Below the pieces are notes generated by a model. The model saw only the letters and a program-made list of their open reading frames with translations. It searched no databases and was not told the origin of the DNA. Shown here in pieces: positions 1-10,361 of a stretch of 64,000 bases of DNA; the first letter of the stretch is position 1; every line of letters begins with the position of its first letter. Both the position numbers and the translations under genes were made by a program. The stretch is from Spirochaetaceae bacterium (GTDB lineage: Bacteria; Spirochaetota; Spirochaetia; DSM-2461), in assembly GCA_051531975.1 (NCBI GenBank), contig JAOPTT010000010.1, forward strand, positions 128,001-192,000, in the 5' to 3' direction.

Positions 1-339
1 AGCAGTGAATAGAGATAATGGACCTAGACTTAACATACCAACACTTAAAAAATCTGCTAAAGATAAGATAACAAGGGAGGATATTAATACTATTACTTTA
101 ATATTAGTAGTTACTTTTTTTCTAAATATATAAAGTAAAATCATTAAAATAAAAAGAATAAATGTTGTTACAATAACGTAACTAAATCCAACAATTTTTA
201 TCATAAATATAGAGCTAATAACAACAGGTGCTATAAATACCAATGTGGCTATAAGTATATCGTTAACAATTTGTTCTTTAATTTCATCTAAGTTCGTATT
301 AAATTTGCATTCACCGTCTAGATTCTTATTTAAGTCCAC
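1..339 (-). CDS. N-terminal part of a multi-TM membrane protein running off the window edge (possibly the sensor region of a signalling protein)
   Basis: Not in the ORF track. Read manually: GTG at 339 with AAGGAA upstream, open to position 1 (MDLNKNLDGECKF...ILIATLVFIAPVVISSIFMIKIVGFSYVIVTTFILFILMILLYIFRKK...), with several hydrophobic segments. Confidence 0.7.
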   Translation of the reverse strand, partial: MDLNKNLDGECKFNTNLDEIKEQIVNDILIATLVFIAPVVISSIFMIKIVGFSYVIVTTFILFILMILLYIFRKKVTTNIKVIVLISSLVILSLADFLSVGMLSLGPLSLFTA

Positions 340-546
340 AATATTGTTCCTTTTCTAAGAGTTTAGTTCAATTAAAGTATATTTCATTTAATTATGTTTG
401 TCATCTTTTGTTATCAAAATTAAATATTCAACTTTGAATAAGATTTTAATATAAGACCATATCTATAAAGTTGTAATCATAATTATTTTGCAATTTACCA
501 TTGAATTATATAATTACTCTATTACACTTTAAGTAGAGGTATATTT

Positions 547-1386
547 ATGATTATAACTTTTGAATTAGAAAATATTTCTGATTTAGATAAAAACACGATA
601 ATTGATAAAATAAAACAAGATAAAATAGATTTTGAGACATACTTTAGCAAGATTGGGTTACAAGTAATAAATGACCCTTTTGAATATGAAATTATAATTA
701 GAGATAAGATATTTGGATTCATTAACGAAGGTTTTATGATCCCAGAAACAAAGCAGATAATTTTTTATGGTTTAGAGGATCTAAATATAATATCCCATGA
801 ATGGACTCACGCTGCATTTCCTAATAGTGGGTGTGAAAGACACTCAGAAGGTTTAGCTATATATATCCAGATGCAATTAGGAAAGTTTCATTTTGATGGA
901 TTTACAAACCCATTGCAACTTGTTAACTCTTATATGTTCTCCCCTAATAAAGAAAAAGTTGAAGATTGGTTAAATTATATAAAAAACAGTCAAAATTTTT
1001 ATGATTCTAGGTGGGGCAGAATGTTAATGTCCAGGGCATTAAGCACAGAGTTTGTTAATTTTTTAATTAAAAAACATGGTATAGAGAGATACTTAACCGG
1101 TTTTTATAACAAACTCAGACATAATAGTGATTTTAACTGGTTAGAGGATTTAGAATTTGTTAATTTTTTACAATCATTACCAAAATCTTCTCCAACATTA
1201 ATGGAACCATTTTTTGAATTAAAAGCGGGATTTATTAAAAGTTATGCAAATCACTTTATCCCTAAAACAGGATCTGTATTGCAATATTTAATAGTTAATA
1301 AAAACAGAATAGATCCTAAAGAGTATAACTACTTACAAAATGTTGCTGTGGAAGATTTAAGAACTACTCTATATTTTTATTCGTAG
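547..1386 (+). CDS. Hypothetical protein, putative gluzincin-type Zn metallopeptidase
   Basis: HEWTH (HExxH) followed about 13 aa later by EGLA, the typical third-ligand motif; SD-like AGAGGT upstream. Confidence 0.55.
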   Translation: MIITFELENISDLDKNTIIDKIKQDKIDFETYFSKIGLQVINDPFEYEIIIRDKIFGFINEGFMIPETKQIIFYGLEDLNIISHEWTHAAFPNSGCERHSEGLAIYIQMQLGKFHFDGFTNPLQLVNSYMFSPNKEKVEDWLNYIKNSQNFYDSRWGRMLMSRALSTEFVNFLIKKHGIERYLTGFYNKLRHNSDFNWLEDLEFVNFLQSLPKSSPTLMEPFFELKAGFIKSYANHFIPKTGSVLQYLIVNKNRIDPKEYNYLQNVAVEDLRTTLYFYS

Positions 1387-2167
1387 TAAGTGGGATTGTA
1401 ATCAGATATTTAACACCATTAGTTAATGTAGTATTAAACTCAATTTTACCTTTCAATTTTTTAGTAATTATTGAATGAATAAGGTTTAGTCCTAAACCTC
1501 CACATCTATTTTTTATATCAGTATTAAAAAAAGGTTTATATAAATTATCGTGGAACTCTTTTGCTATACCTTTTCCAGAATCAGAATATAAAATTATTAG
1601 ATTATTATTTTTTTTATTAATATCTATATCTATTATTCCTGGTTCTTTTGAATTAAATCCGTGTTTTAGTGAGTTCATAATAAGATTAGTAAAAATAGTA
1701 GAATATGCACTAGGAAAGCTTAATATATTAATATCTTCTGTGTGGTTAAAAGTTATTTTATGTGGTGTATTTTTATATTCATTATGTAAAGATAAAATTA
1801 TTGAGTCACAATATTTACAAATATTAAATACACTGGCTGATTTTAAGTTCTGCCCTGCTGAGATCTCTTTAAAACTTAAAACCATCTTGGAGGCTCTATC
1901 TAGGTTATTAGTTAAGAGTTCTGTGGTATCTTCTATACAGGTTATATAATCCATTAAATCTTTTTTACCAAGTTTGTTTGATTCTAATAATCTTCTGATA
2001 TTTCGATTTTTATCGGCTAATAAAGATGTTGCTGTTATAGTAATCCCAAGTGGAGTATTTATCTCATGGGTTACTCCCGGAACTAACGCACCAATGGTTG
2101 CTAACTTCTCTTTTTCAAGAAGTCTTGCTAGAAGTGATTCTTTGTCCATATTTGTAATATTATCCAA
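1364..2167 (-). CDS. Cytoplasmic histidine kinase (HisKA + HATPase_c) with no sensor domain
   Basis: H-box HEINTP, N-box NLIMNSLKH, G1 DSGKG, F-box FFNT, G2 GGLGL. Start moved from 2185 to TTG 2167 because GGGGAGG lies just upstream of it. Confidence 0.85.
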   Translation of the reverse strand: MDNITNMDKESLLARLLEKEKLATIGALVPGVTHEINTPLGITITATSLLADKNRNIRRLLESNKLGKKDLMDYITCIEDTTELLTNNLDRASKMVLSFKEISAGQNLKSASVFNICKYCDSIILSLHNEYKNTPHKITFNHTEDINILSFPSAYSTIFTNLIMNSLKHGFNSKEPGIIDIDINKKNNNLIILYSDSGKGIAKEFHDNLYKPFFNTDIKNRCGGLGLNLIHSIITKKLKGKIEFNTTLTNGVKYLITIPLTTNKNIE

Positions 2168-2247
2168 TATCAACCTCCCCACCAATTAAATTATCGGTAT
2201 ATTTCTAGGGGATATCAATATAAAACAGGTAATATTGGCTTATTTGC

Positions 2248-3414
2248 TCAAATATTTACTTTTTTACTATAAATAAAATTGAGAATTGCAAGGATCATGA
2301 AAAATAAACCTATTGATAAATATATTATTGAATTCCCGTCATCTCTAGCTAAAAGTGCAAATAATGGGCCTGTAATAACAAAAGAGACCCTCATGAACAT
2401 ACTCTGAACCGATAAAACAGTGGCTCTATTTTGGCTATTTACCTCTTGGTGTATAAGGTTCCTCTCCAAAGGACCTTTTAGCCCCCGAATAATATAAAAA
2501 CTTAAAAAACCTATTATTATCCAGAACCCAGGTAAAAATATCAGACTAAAATATGAAAGGCTTAATACAAATGGTATAAATCGTAATATTTTAAGTGGTT
2601 CTTTTTTAGAAAATATTTTATGACTTAGATTTGAACAGATACCAACAACAACATTTAGTCCAGCCCATATTCCTCCAAAAAGTACAAGGGGGAACTCTCT
2701 TGACGCAAGTTCAGGTTGTATATACCAAAGTGCTAAAAATGTACCTAAACCGGAAAAAGCACCGTATGTAACTAGGTATAAAGTTTTACTATTACTAAAA
2801 GTTGACTTTATATCTTTAATAAAGTGGCTAAATGTTAGTGATGATGTCCCCTCTCTTTTTATTTTTGGTTCAATTAAGAAAAATGCTAATATAAATGCAA
2901 TTGCTTCTAATGTTCCCTCTATATAAAAATTCATCTTCATGGAATAAACGGCTATAATACCACCAATTATACTTGCTATACCTTCGGAATAACTAGCTAT
3001 GGACATATAAAGTCCTTCGGTTTTATAGTGATTTTTTTCATCTTTTAGCTCTAATAATGTATCATATAACAGAGATGAATCTGTTCCTGATAAAAAACTA
3101 GAACCTATTCCTAACAGAACCTCTGCTAAAATAAAATTCCAAAAACCAGGAGCTAAACCAAATAGATACATACCAATTGTAGAGAATAATAGGCCTACAA
3201 TAATTGTAATTTTTCTACCAATTTTATCACTAAAATATCCTGAAGGTATCTCAAATAGAAACATACTTAAGGAAAATGAAGCTTGAACAACCATAACTTG
3301 AAATAGTGATAATCCATTCTCTTGGAAAAACAGTACTATCGTTGGCATTATCATCAAAAACCATCTAAAAATCTGCATGGCAAAAAGCAGAGGTATATTT
3401 CGTGCTATTTTCAT
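2248..3414 (-). CDS. MFS transporter
   Basis: About 12 hydrophobic segments; EIPSGYFSDKIGRK (MFS motif A); RATVLS in the second half. Confidence 0.9.
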   Translation of the reverse strand: MKIARNIPLLFAMQIFRWFLMIMPTIVLFFQENGLSLFQVMVVQASFSLSMFLFEIPSGYFSDKIGRKITIIVGLLFSTIGMYLFGLAPGFWNFILAEVLLGIGSSFLSGTDSSLLYDTLLELKDEKNHYKTEGLYMSIASYSEGIASIIGGIIAVYSMKMNFYIEGTLEAIAFILAFFLIEPKIKREGTSSLTFSHFIKDIKSTFSNSKTLYLVTYGAFSGLGTFLALWYIQPELASREFPLVLFGGIWAGLNVVVGICSNLSHKIFSKKEPLKILRFIPFVLSLSYFSLIFLPGFWIIIGFLSFYIIRGLKGPLERNLIHQEVNSQNRATVLSVQSMFMRVSFVITGPLFALLARDDGNSIIYLSIGLFFMILAILNFIYSKKVNI

Positions 3415-4559
3415 GATGATATAACTTTATTCATTAACTTTTGAAACTTTCTAATAATTGGAAAGCAACCATATGGTAGTAGTTGAAGCATAAGTACAGC
3501 AGTTAGTCTGTTTTTAGGGTCTATACACAACCATGTAGTTGCCATTCCATCCCAACCCCACTCTCCTATTGGACTACCTGTTTCAGATCTTTCTAGATCT
3601 ATTAAGGTTCTAACACCTAATCCGTATCCATATCCGGCTTTCATATCGGTTTGAAATCTTTCTAAGATGTCTCCTGCAATGTGATTTTTTGACATAAACT
3701 CAACTGTAGATGAATCTAAGATTTTAATATTATTAATAGTTCCTTTGTTTAATAACAGTTCACAAAATATTGACATATCTTTTATTGTAGAATAATAGCC
3801 ACCACCAGGCATTTCAAAAAGTTCTGGAGCCATATCTACTTTGTTTAAACTTTTATCTTTCCATTCATATATTGATGAAACTCTACTCTCTTTTCCTTTA
3901 GGATCTAAAAATGTATCAACCATATTTAGAGGTTCTAAGATTCGTTCCTGTATAAATTCTGAATATTTCTGTTCACTTATAACTTCTATCAATCTACCAA
4001 TAACATCGATTGAAAAGCTATATAAATAGTCACTTCCTGGTTCAAAAGATAGGGGTAAATCTGCTATTAGATCAACAAAACTACCTAGGCTAACTTCATC
4101 CCCTGATTTCTCTTTAATTTTAAACTGTTCTCGATATAATTTATCAATTTCATTATCGTGAAAGCCATAACTTATTCCTGATGTCATAGTAAAAAGTTGA
4201 GCTATTGTAATATCAGTATCTGAATCCTTAGTTTTAAGTTCACCATCTTTATAACTAGTTATTACTTTTGGATTTTCAAAGGATGGTATATATTTTTTAA
4301 TTTTATCTTCAAGTGAAAACCGTCCCTCTTGGTATAAAATTAATGCAGCTGTTACAGTTATAACTTTAGACATTGAATAAATCCTAAAGATTGTATCATC
4401 TTTTATTGGAGCTTTTGACTCTAGATCTGAATAGCCAAAATTCTCTTGGTATAATGTTTCACCATCCTGTTTAATAATAGCGCTTATTCCAGCAATCTTT
4501 TTTTGATCAATGTACTTTTGGCACATTTTATTAATATCTATAAATTTTGTTTTATTCAC
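3411..4559 (-). CDS. Serine hydrolase, beta-lactamase/esterase family (cytoplasmic)
   Basis: SMSK (SxxK), FEPGSDYLYS, PLNMVDT, GWDG; no signal peptide. Confidence 0.85.
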   Translation of the reverse strand: MNKTKFIDINKMCQKYIDQKKIAGISAIIKQDGETLYQENFGYSDLESKAPIKDDTIFRIYSMSKVITVTAALILYQEGRFSLEDKIKKYIPSFENPKVITSYKDGELKTKDSDTDITIAQLFTMTSGISYGFHDNEIDKLYREQFKIKEKSGDEVSLGSFVDLIADLPLSFEPGSDYLYSFSIDVIGRLIEVISEQKYSEFIQERILEPLNMVDTFLDPKGKESRVSSIYEWKDKSLNKVDMAPELFEMPGGGYYSTIKDMSIFCELLLNKGTINNIKILDSSTVEFMSKNHIAGDILERFQTDMKAGYGYGLGVRTLIDLERSETGSPIGEWGWDGMATTWLCIDPKNRLTAVLMLQLLPYGCFPIIRKFQKLMNKVISS

Positions 4560-4562
4560 TTT

Positions 4563-5687
4563 TTATCCTATAGCTTCTACGGTTTCTTTTAACTGTTTTA
4601 TTATCTTTATCTTTTGTGGGCATTTTGGTTCACACTCCCCACATTCTGTACATTCTGAAGCATTTTTACCTTTTAGCCAATCAACTTTTCCAATTTCTTT
4701 ATATTGGGATTTTGCATGTTCAGTTAATCCATATATTTTATGATGATTCATTAAACTAAAATTAAGAGGAATATTTACACCACTTGGGCAGGGCATACAG
4801 TAGTTACAACCGGTACAATAAAGATCAGCAAGCCTTTTATTCTCTTCTAAAGATTCTGATATTGCCTTTAGTTCAGTCTGTGATAGTTTATCAGTTCGAC
4901 TTGTTGTTTTTGTATTTTCATTAACCATGTCTATATTGCCCATACCGGAAAGTGCACAATCTACATTAGGATTTGATAATACAAATCGCATTGCTAATTC
5001 AGGGTTTGAAACAGTTTTATTAGGTAATAAGTCCTGAATAACCTTAGATGGAAAACCTAATCTTCCTCCACCTACAGGCCCCATAACAATAACACCCATG
5101 CCTTTTTCTTTTGCCCTAATCATACCAGCTTCGTTACTTCTATCTAGTAGATTATATTGGCATAACAGTGTTTCAAAATTACCAGTATCTATAATTTTAA
5201 GCATATTTTCTGCATCATCATGAAAACTAAAAGACAGATGTCTAATTATACCCTCTTCTTTAGCTTTTAATGCCATTTCTAGTGGTCCACCTGGAACATC
5301 TATAGACTCTGTATAAGATTTCCAGCTAATACCCCACATATGATAAAAATCTATATAATCCGTATCGAGCTTTGTTAGAGAGCTCTCTAATCGTTTCAAG
5401 AAGTCAGAACCTGATGCATTTTCTATAGGATTTTTTGTTGAAAGATATACCTTATCCCTCCGGCCCTTTAGTGCCATCCCAACTATAACTTCACTCTCTT
5501 TTTCACAATAATATGGTGCAGTATCTACATAGTTCCCACCAAGGTCTAAATAATCATTAATTAATTTAGCTCCTGCTTCATGATCAAACTGATCTTTACC
5601 ATTAACTTTAAGAGTTGGTAACCTCATAGCACCAAATCCTAATGTAGAAATATTTATTCCTGTATTTCCTAGTGGTCTATATAACAT
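4563..5687 (-). CDS. Aldo/keto reductase with C-terminal 4Fe-4S dicluster domain
   Basis: LGFGAMRLP, DTAPYY, YLSTK; C-terminal CTGCNYCMPCP and CTECGECEPKCP; SD GGAGG. Confidence 0.9.
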   Translation of the reverse strand: MLYRPLGNTGINISTLGFGAMRLPTLKVNGKDQFDHEAGAKLINDYLDLGGNYVDTAPYYCEKESEVIVGMALKGRRDKVYLSTKNPIENASGSDFLKRLESSLTKLDTDYIDFYHMWGISWKSYTESIDVPGGPLEMALKAKEEGIIRHLSFSFHDDAENMLKIIDTGNFETLLCQYNLLDRSNEAGMIRAKEKGMGVIVMGPVGGGRLGFPSKVIQDLLPNKTVSNPELAMRFVLSNPNVDCALSGMGNIDMVNENTKTTSRTDKLSQTELKAISESLEENKRLADLYCTGCNYCMPCPSGVNIPLNFSLMNHHKIYGLTEHAKSQYKEIGKVDWLKGKNASECTECGECEPKCPQKIKIIKQLKETVEAIG

Positions 5688-5696
5688 CTATGCCTC

Positions 5697-6287
5697 CTAT
5701 ATTTTGTTTAGAAATTCTACTTCAGAGAAATCTTTATATAAGTTAATTTTTGAAACTGAGCCTCTGTTTAATTTAAATGTCCAAAAATGTTTTAAGTCGA
5801 GAGCAAGCAGATCTAATAAGAGAATCGAAAGTGGTCCTTTGTGTGAAACGATTATAATATTGTAACTTTTATTATCTGCTACAAGTCTGTTTATATCTGG
5901 AAAACTACTTAAAACCCTGGTTTTTAAATCAATTAAAGTTTCACCATTTGGTGGTCTATTATTTATTGGGTCATTAATCCATTTTGTATATTTTTCTGAG
6001 GATTGATTATTTATATCTGAAAAAGAGAGACCTTCCCAATCTCCAAAATCGATCTCTTCTAGACCAATAACAGGAGTTGCTTTTAACCCTATCTGTTTTG
6101 ATAGAATATCAGATGTTAATACTGATCTTTTCATTGGGGAAGTATAAAAGTAGTCTACATTTTTTATATTATCTATTTTTTTTATCTGTTCTGTTCCAAA
6201 ATCGGTTAATAATACATCGGAACCACGGCCAATGTATGTTCCATTCCCTTCACATTCACCATGTCTTATTAAATATAAATTAACCAT
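5697..6287 (-). CDS. Histidine phosphatase family protein (CobC/GpmB-like)
   Basis: LIRHGE, SPMKRS, EIDFGDWEG, PNGET, VSHKG. Confidence 0.85.
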   Translation of the reverse strand: MVNLYLIRHGECEGNGTYIGRGSDVLLTDFGTEQIKKIDNIKNVDYFYTSPMKRSVLTSDILSKQIGLKATPVIGLEEIDFGDWEGLSFSDINNQSSEKYTKWINDPINNRPPNGETLIDLKTRVLSSFPDINRLVADNKSYNIIIVSHKGPLSILLLDLLALDLKHFWTFKLNRGSVSKINLYKDFSEVEFLNKI

Positions 6288-6395
6288 ATAATATTTTATC
6301 CTGTTTCCCTAAAATTGTTAAATAAAGACTAACTTCGTGGCTACATTGTATCAGGTTTTTCTTAATAGTCTTTAAAGAGTTTAAGAAATATAAAT

Positions 6396-8738
6396 TTATT
6401 CAGTTTTAAATTGTCTTATTTCTGTTTTTAAAGTTTTTGTAGTTCTATCAAGTATTTTATTATCTTCTATAACTTGATCTACAATCTCACTTATATTTTC
6501 AGATGACTGGGTTATATAACCAATAGCTGCAGAGACTTCATTTGATTTAAGGGTTGCTTGATTCATAGCTTTTTGCATTAGTTTTGATCTACCTTTCATG
6601 GAACTAGAGCTACTTTGTACTTCTTTAGCAATACGATTTAGTGTATTTAAAGCTTCTAAAATCTCCTTTCCACCATTAGCTAACTCATTTGTAGATTCTG
6701 TGATCTCTTCTAGACCACTTGAAACATCTGCTACCTCAGTATCTATTAAATTAAAACTATCTTTTACATTTCTACTATGATTAACACTTGCTTCAATTTT
6801 ATTAGAAACTTCATTTATTAAATCTGTGATTAAAGTTGTACTATTTGCTGAATTTTCTGCTAATTTTCTAATCTCGTCGGCAACAACAGCAAATCCTTTT
6901 CCATATTCCCCAGCATGAGCAGCCTCTATTGCAGCATTCATTGCTAATAAATTGGTTTCAGACGATATCTGAGTAATAATATCTGTAATACTTTTTATCT
7001 CTTCTACTTTACTAAATACAGCTTCTATTGATTCAGTGCTAAGATCTACATACTCGGCCCCATTCTTAGTATTTTGGGCTAGAGACATTACGGCTCTATT
7101 TTTATCTGCAGTAATACTAGAAACACTGTTTATTGACTCTACCATAATATCAATCGCCGAGGATGATTGTTCTATTGCAACACTCTCGTTTATGACTGTT
7201 CTATCTAGAATATTTATATTATTTATAATTTCGCTGATATCCAAATCTGCTCTTAGAATATTATCGTTTAGAGCTTCGATGTTTCCTGTTATATCTATAA
7301 TTTTACTGTTTATATCTGAGGCTTCCGAGGACATACTCTCTGTATGAACAATTAAATCTTCTTTTACATTTTCAGTTTCAATACTAGCGTTTCTAATATT
7401 AACAACTATTTTTATAAGTTTACCTACAAAATTATTAAACTGTTTTGATAAAAAACCAACCTCATCATTAGTCCTGGTACTTAGTCTTTTAGTAAGATCC
7501 CCTTCTCCTTTGGACATCTCTTCTAATAATTTACCTGCGTTATCTAATGGCTTAACTAAATTCCCAACATAGAGTGAAGTAATAATAATTAAAATTATAC
7601 TTAGAATAATAGCAATTATAAGAGTTAAACCATTTAGTAGAGCTAAATTCTCCTCAACCTTTAGTGTTCTTTCTTCAACAAGTTTTTCTATGTCGTCAAT
7701 ATAAAATCCAGTACCAATAATCCAGCCCCACTCTTTAATTCCTTCAACAAAGGATAACTTATGAACCTCAGGGCCACCTGGAGTTTTGGGCCATAGATAC
7801 TCTACATATCCCTTTTGATCTTTATTAACAACTTGAACCATTGTTTTAAATATATTTTCATCTGTTCCTATAGTTTTGTTATATTTGGCATCGTCGAGCT
7901 TCTTTCCATCAAGAGTTGGAGATACAGGGTGCATTACCATATTTGGAATAGGAGTTTGCATATCGTTTACCCAAAAATATCCTACCCCATCGCTATACTT
8001 CATTGATTTTATTATATCTAAAGCTTCCTGTTTTGCTTCTTTAATTGCATCATCAATATAGATACCAGAACCTATAACCCAATCAAACTCAGGAATCAAT
8101 TTAACATATGAAAGTTTAGGTACACCTTCTTCTAAACCTGTAGGTGTAGGTTTTGACCAAACATAGTCTACAAATCCTTCCCCATCTTTTAAAGCAACTT
8201 CAACAAAAGCTTGAAATAAATTCTGGTTTTTACCTAGTGCTACCTCATATTTTTTATTATCTAAAACCTGGTTATTTAGTGTTGGGGATATTGGATGCAT
8301 TACCATTTTAGGATATGGAAGTCCAGTATCGTTAATCCATATATAACCACTATTATTATCAAATCGAATAGTTTCAATATCAGCTGCGGCTTGCCTTTTA
8401 GCCTGGTCTAAACTAAGTCTGCCACTTTTATACAGATCTACCTTTGTTCTAATAATAGATTCTGATGCATCAATTATATTTTTTAGTTCTTTCCCATATT
8501 TTTCAATAAGTTTATTATTATCTGTTGAGGCAAATATTTTCTCATGAATTGTTTGAGTTGCTATATCTGTGTAGTTTTTAAGGGCAGACTCAGCTTTTTT
8601 ATATTCAGCCTCTCGAATCTCAGCTATATCTATACGATTAACTCTGTCTAGATCTATATTAACGACTAAAAGAACTGACCCACCCATAGCTACAATTACT
8701 GAAATTACTAATAATTTAATTTTCAAACTTATCTTCAT
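6396..8738 (-). CDS. Methyl-accepting chemotaxis protein with two tandem single-Cache domains and HAMP
   Basis: Two TMs; two copies of GY(I/F)W(I/V)ND...MVMHP...W(V/I)IG(S/T)G(I/F)YIDD; HAMP (GDLTKRL...DEVG); MCP core [34 protein letters not shown]. Confidence 0.95.
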   Translation of the reverse strand: MKISLKIKLLVISVIVAMGGSVLLVVNIDLDRVNRIDIAEIREAEYKKAESALKNYTDIATQTIHEKIFASTDNNKLIEKYGKELKNIIDASESIIRTKVDLYKSGRLSLDQAKRQAAADIETIRFDNNSGYIWINDTGLPYPKMVMHPISPTLNNQVLDNKKYEVALGKNQNLFQAFVEVALKDGEGFVDYVWSKPTPTGLEEGVPKLSYVKLIPEFDWVIGSGIYIDDAIKEAKQEALDIIKSMKYSDGVGYFWVNDMQTPIPNMVMHPVSPTLDGKKLDDAKYNKTIGTDENIFKTMVQVVNKDQKGYVEYLWPKTPGGPEVHKLSFVEGIKEWGWIIGTGFYIDDIEKLVEERTLKVEENLALLNGLTLIIAIILSIILIIITSLYVGNLVKPLDNAGKLLEEMSKGEGDLTKRLSTRTNDEVGFLSKQFNNFVGKLIKIVVNIRNASIETENVKEDLIVHTESMSSEASDINSKIIDITGNIEALNDNILRADLDISEIINNINILDRTVINESVAIEQSSSAIDIMVESINSVSSITADKNRAVMSLAQNTKNGAEYVDLSTESIEAVFSKVEEIKSITDIITQISSETNLLAMNAAIEAAHAGEYGKGFAVVADEIRKLAENSANSTTLITDLINEVSNKIEASVNHSRNVKDSFNLIDTEVADVSSGLEEITESTNELANGGKEILEALNTLNRIAKEVQSSSSSMKGRSKLMQKAMNQATLKSNEVSAAIGYITQSSENISEIVDQVIEDNKILDRTTKTLKTEIRQFKTE

Positions 8739-8813
8739 ACCTACATTATCGTACGGAAATACGTATTTGTTAATAAAATTCTATTTAAAACCATATTCAA
8801 TTTACTTATAAAC

Positions 8814-8861
8814 TTGACACTTTATTTATACCTGATACCATTAAAGGTGAGTCGTGACTCA
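8814..8861 (+). promoter_or_regulatory. Sigma70-type promoter plus palindromic operator (likely TetR site) for the aminotransferase operon
   Basis: TTGACA 8814-8819, 16 bp spacer, TGn-TACCAT 8836-8841; inverted repeat TGAGTC-GT-GACTCA at 8848-8861 over the expected +1. Confidence 0.65.
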
Positions 8862-8894
8862 TTATTAATAAAATTTTCAATTTAAGGTCGTAAT

Positions 8895-10361
8895 ATGAAC
8901 GGATTTTCAATTTCAGAGTACCATGATACAAAAGAGATATATAAAAAACTATATGAACTATTAGATCAGCCAATAAGAACAATAAAAAAAAGTGCATTAG
9001 ATGGTTATTTAAAAAATTATTTCGATAAAAAATGTACTAAATCAAAGGAAATGACTAATAAAGCCATGGAATATATTCCAGGTGGCGTTCAGCATAACTT
9101 AGCGTTTAACTACCCATTCCCCTTAGTATTTACTAAAGCTGACGGGGCTTATTTAGAGGATTTAGATGGAAATAGTTATATTGATTTTTTACAAGCTGGT
9201 GGGCCAACTGTTTTGGGAAGTAACGATAAAGAAATTAGAGGAAAACTAATAGAACTATTAAATACGACTGGTCCCTCCACAGGTCTATTCCACGAATATG
9301 AGTTAAAACTAGCCAAGATAATTACAGAATTTATACCCTCTGTTGATATGTTTAGAATGTTAGGCTCAGGTACTGAAGCGGATATGGCATCAATAAGAAT
9401 TGCTAGGCTTGCAACTAAAAATATGAACATAGTTAAAATGGGTGGAGCATACCATGGGTGGAGTGATCAACTAGCATACGGTATTCGTATTCCTGGTACT
9501 ATGCATTTAGAAGCACACGGTGTTCCAAGGCATATATTCAAACATACACAGGAGTTTTTTCCTAACGACTTAAAATCCCTAGAGAGAGTCTTAAAACGTA
9601 ATAAGTTTAGAGGTGGTACAGCAGCTGTATTAATTGAGCCTATTGGACCTGAAAGTGGGACAAGACCACTTGATAAAGATTTTAATGCTGGAGTTAGAAA
9701 GTTATGTGATAAATATGGAGCACTTTTAATATTTGATGAAGTTGTAACAGCATTTAGAATTGGTATGAGTGGTGCCCAGGGTTATTTTGGAGTTGAACCA
9801 GATTTAACAGTTTTTGGTAAGGTTATAGCTGGAGGATATCCGTCGGCTGGTGGTATTGGTGGCAAAAAAAAATATATGGACTACCTCGGAGCTGGTATTC
9901 AGGCTGGACATAAAAAAGCACTAGTTGGCGGAACAATGGCTGCTAACCCTCTCTCCTGTGCAGCTGGTTATTATACCCTTAAAAAAATGGCAGAAACTAA
10001 TGCCTGTGAGAAAGCTGGTAAGGCAGGGGACAGATTAACAAAAGGTCTGCAAACTTTAATAAAAAAATATGATCTACCATTTGTTGCGTTTAACCAAGGA
10101 TCTATATGTCATTTAGAAACAGTTGGTACAATGTTATTACATGTAGATCTAAAAGAGTTTTGGAAGATAAAATCTACAATTAAAGAAGCAAAAACTAGAA
10201 AAGTAGCAATGGAAGAGATGGGTGCTGCTTGTATGGCCGAAGGTATTGTTACCCTTGCAGGTAGTAGATTATATACATCAGCTGCCCAAACTGATGGTAT
10301 AATAGACGAGGCCTTAATTAGGTTTGAAAGAGTTTTTAAAAATATGCAGGGGGTAGAATAG
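8895..10361 (+). CDS. Class III PLP-dependent aminotransferase (GSA-aminomutase-like fold, substrate unknown)
   Basis: IPGGV, DLDGNSYIDF, SGTEA, YHGW, LLIFDEVVTAFR, PLP lysine in FGKVIAGG, GTMAANP. Confidence 0.9.
   Translation: MNGFSISEYHDTKEIYKKLYELLDQPIRTIKKSALDGYLKNYFDKKCTKSKEMTNKAMEYIPGGVQHNLAFNYPFPLVFTKADGAYLEDLDGNSYIDFLQAGGPTVLGSNDKEIRGKLIELLNTTGPSTGLFHEYELKLAKIITEFIPSVDMFRMLGSGTEADMASIRIARLATKNMNIVKMGGAYHGWSDQLAYGIRIPGTMHLEAHGVPRHIFKHTQEFFPNDLKSLERVLKRNKFRGGTAAVLIEPIGPESGTRPLDKDFNAGVRKLCDKYGALLIFDEVVTAFRIGMSGAQGYFGVEPDLTVFGKVIAGGYPSAGGIGGKKKYMDYLGAGIQAGHKKALVGGTMAANPLSCAAGYYTLKKMAETNACEKAGKAGDRLTKGLQTLIKKYDLPFVAFNQGSICHLETVGTMLLHVDLKEFWKIKSTIKEAKTRKVAMEEMGAACMAEGIVTLAGSRLYTSAAQTDGIIDEALIRFERVFKNMQGVE

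Noticed and set aside
6288..6395. Cobalamin riboswitch upstream of the CobC-like phosphatase
   Set aside because: GGGAA- and GCCAC-like fragments are in the wrong order, the region is too short, and no cob genes are nearby.
8757..8768. 12-bp palindrome AAATACGTATTT upstream of the MCP
   Set aside because: AT-rich, single occurrence, no candidate regulator; could be chance.
8895..10361. Calling the aminotransferase hemL
   Set aside because: The fold is similar, but the context is sugar-catabolic and the sequence has an N-terminal extension and divergent motifs.
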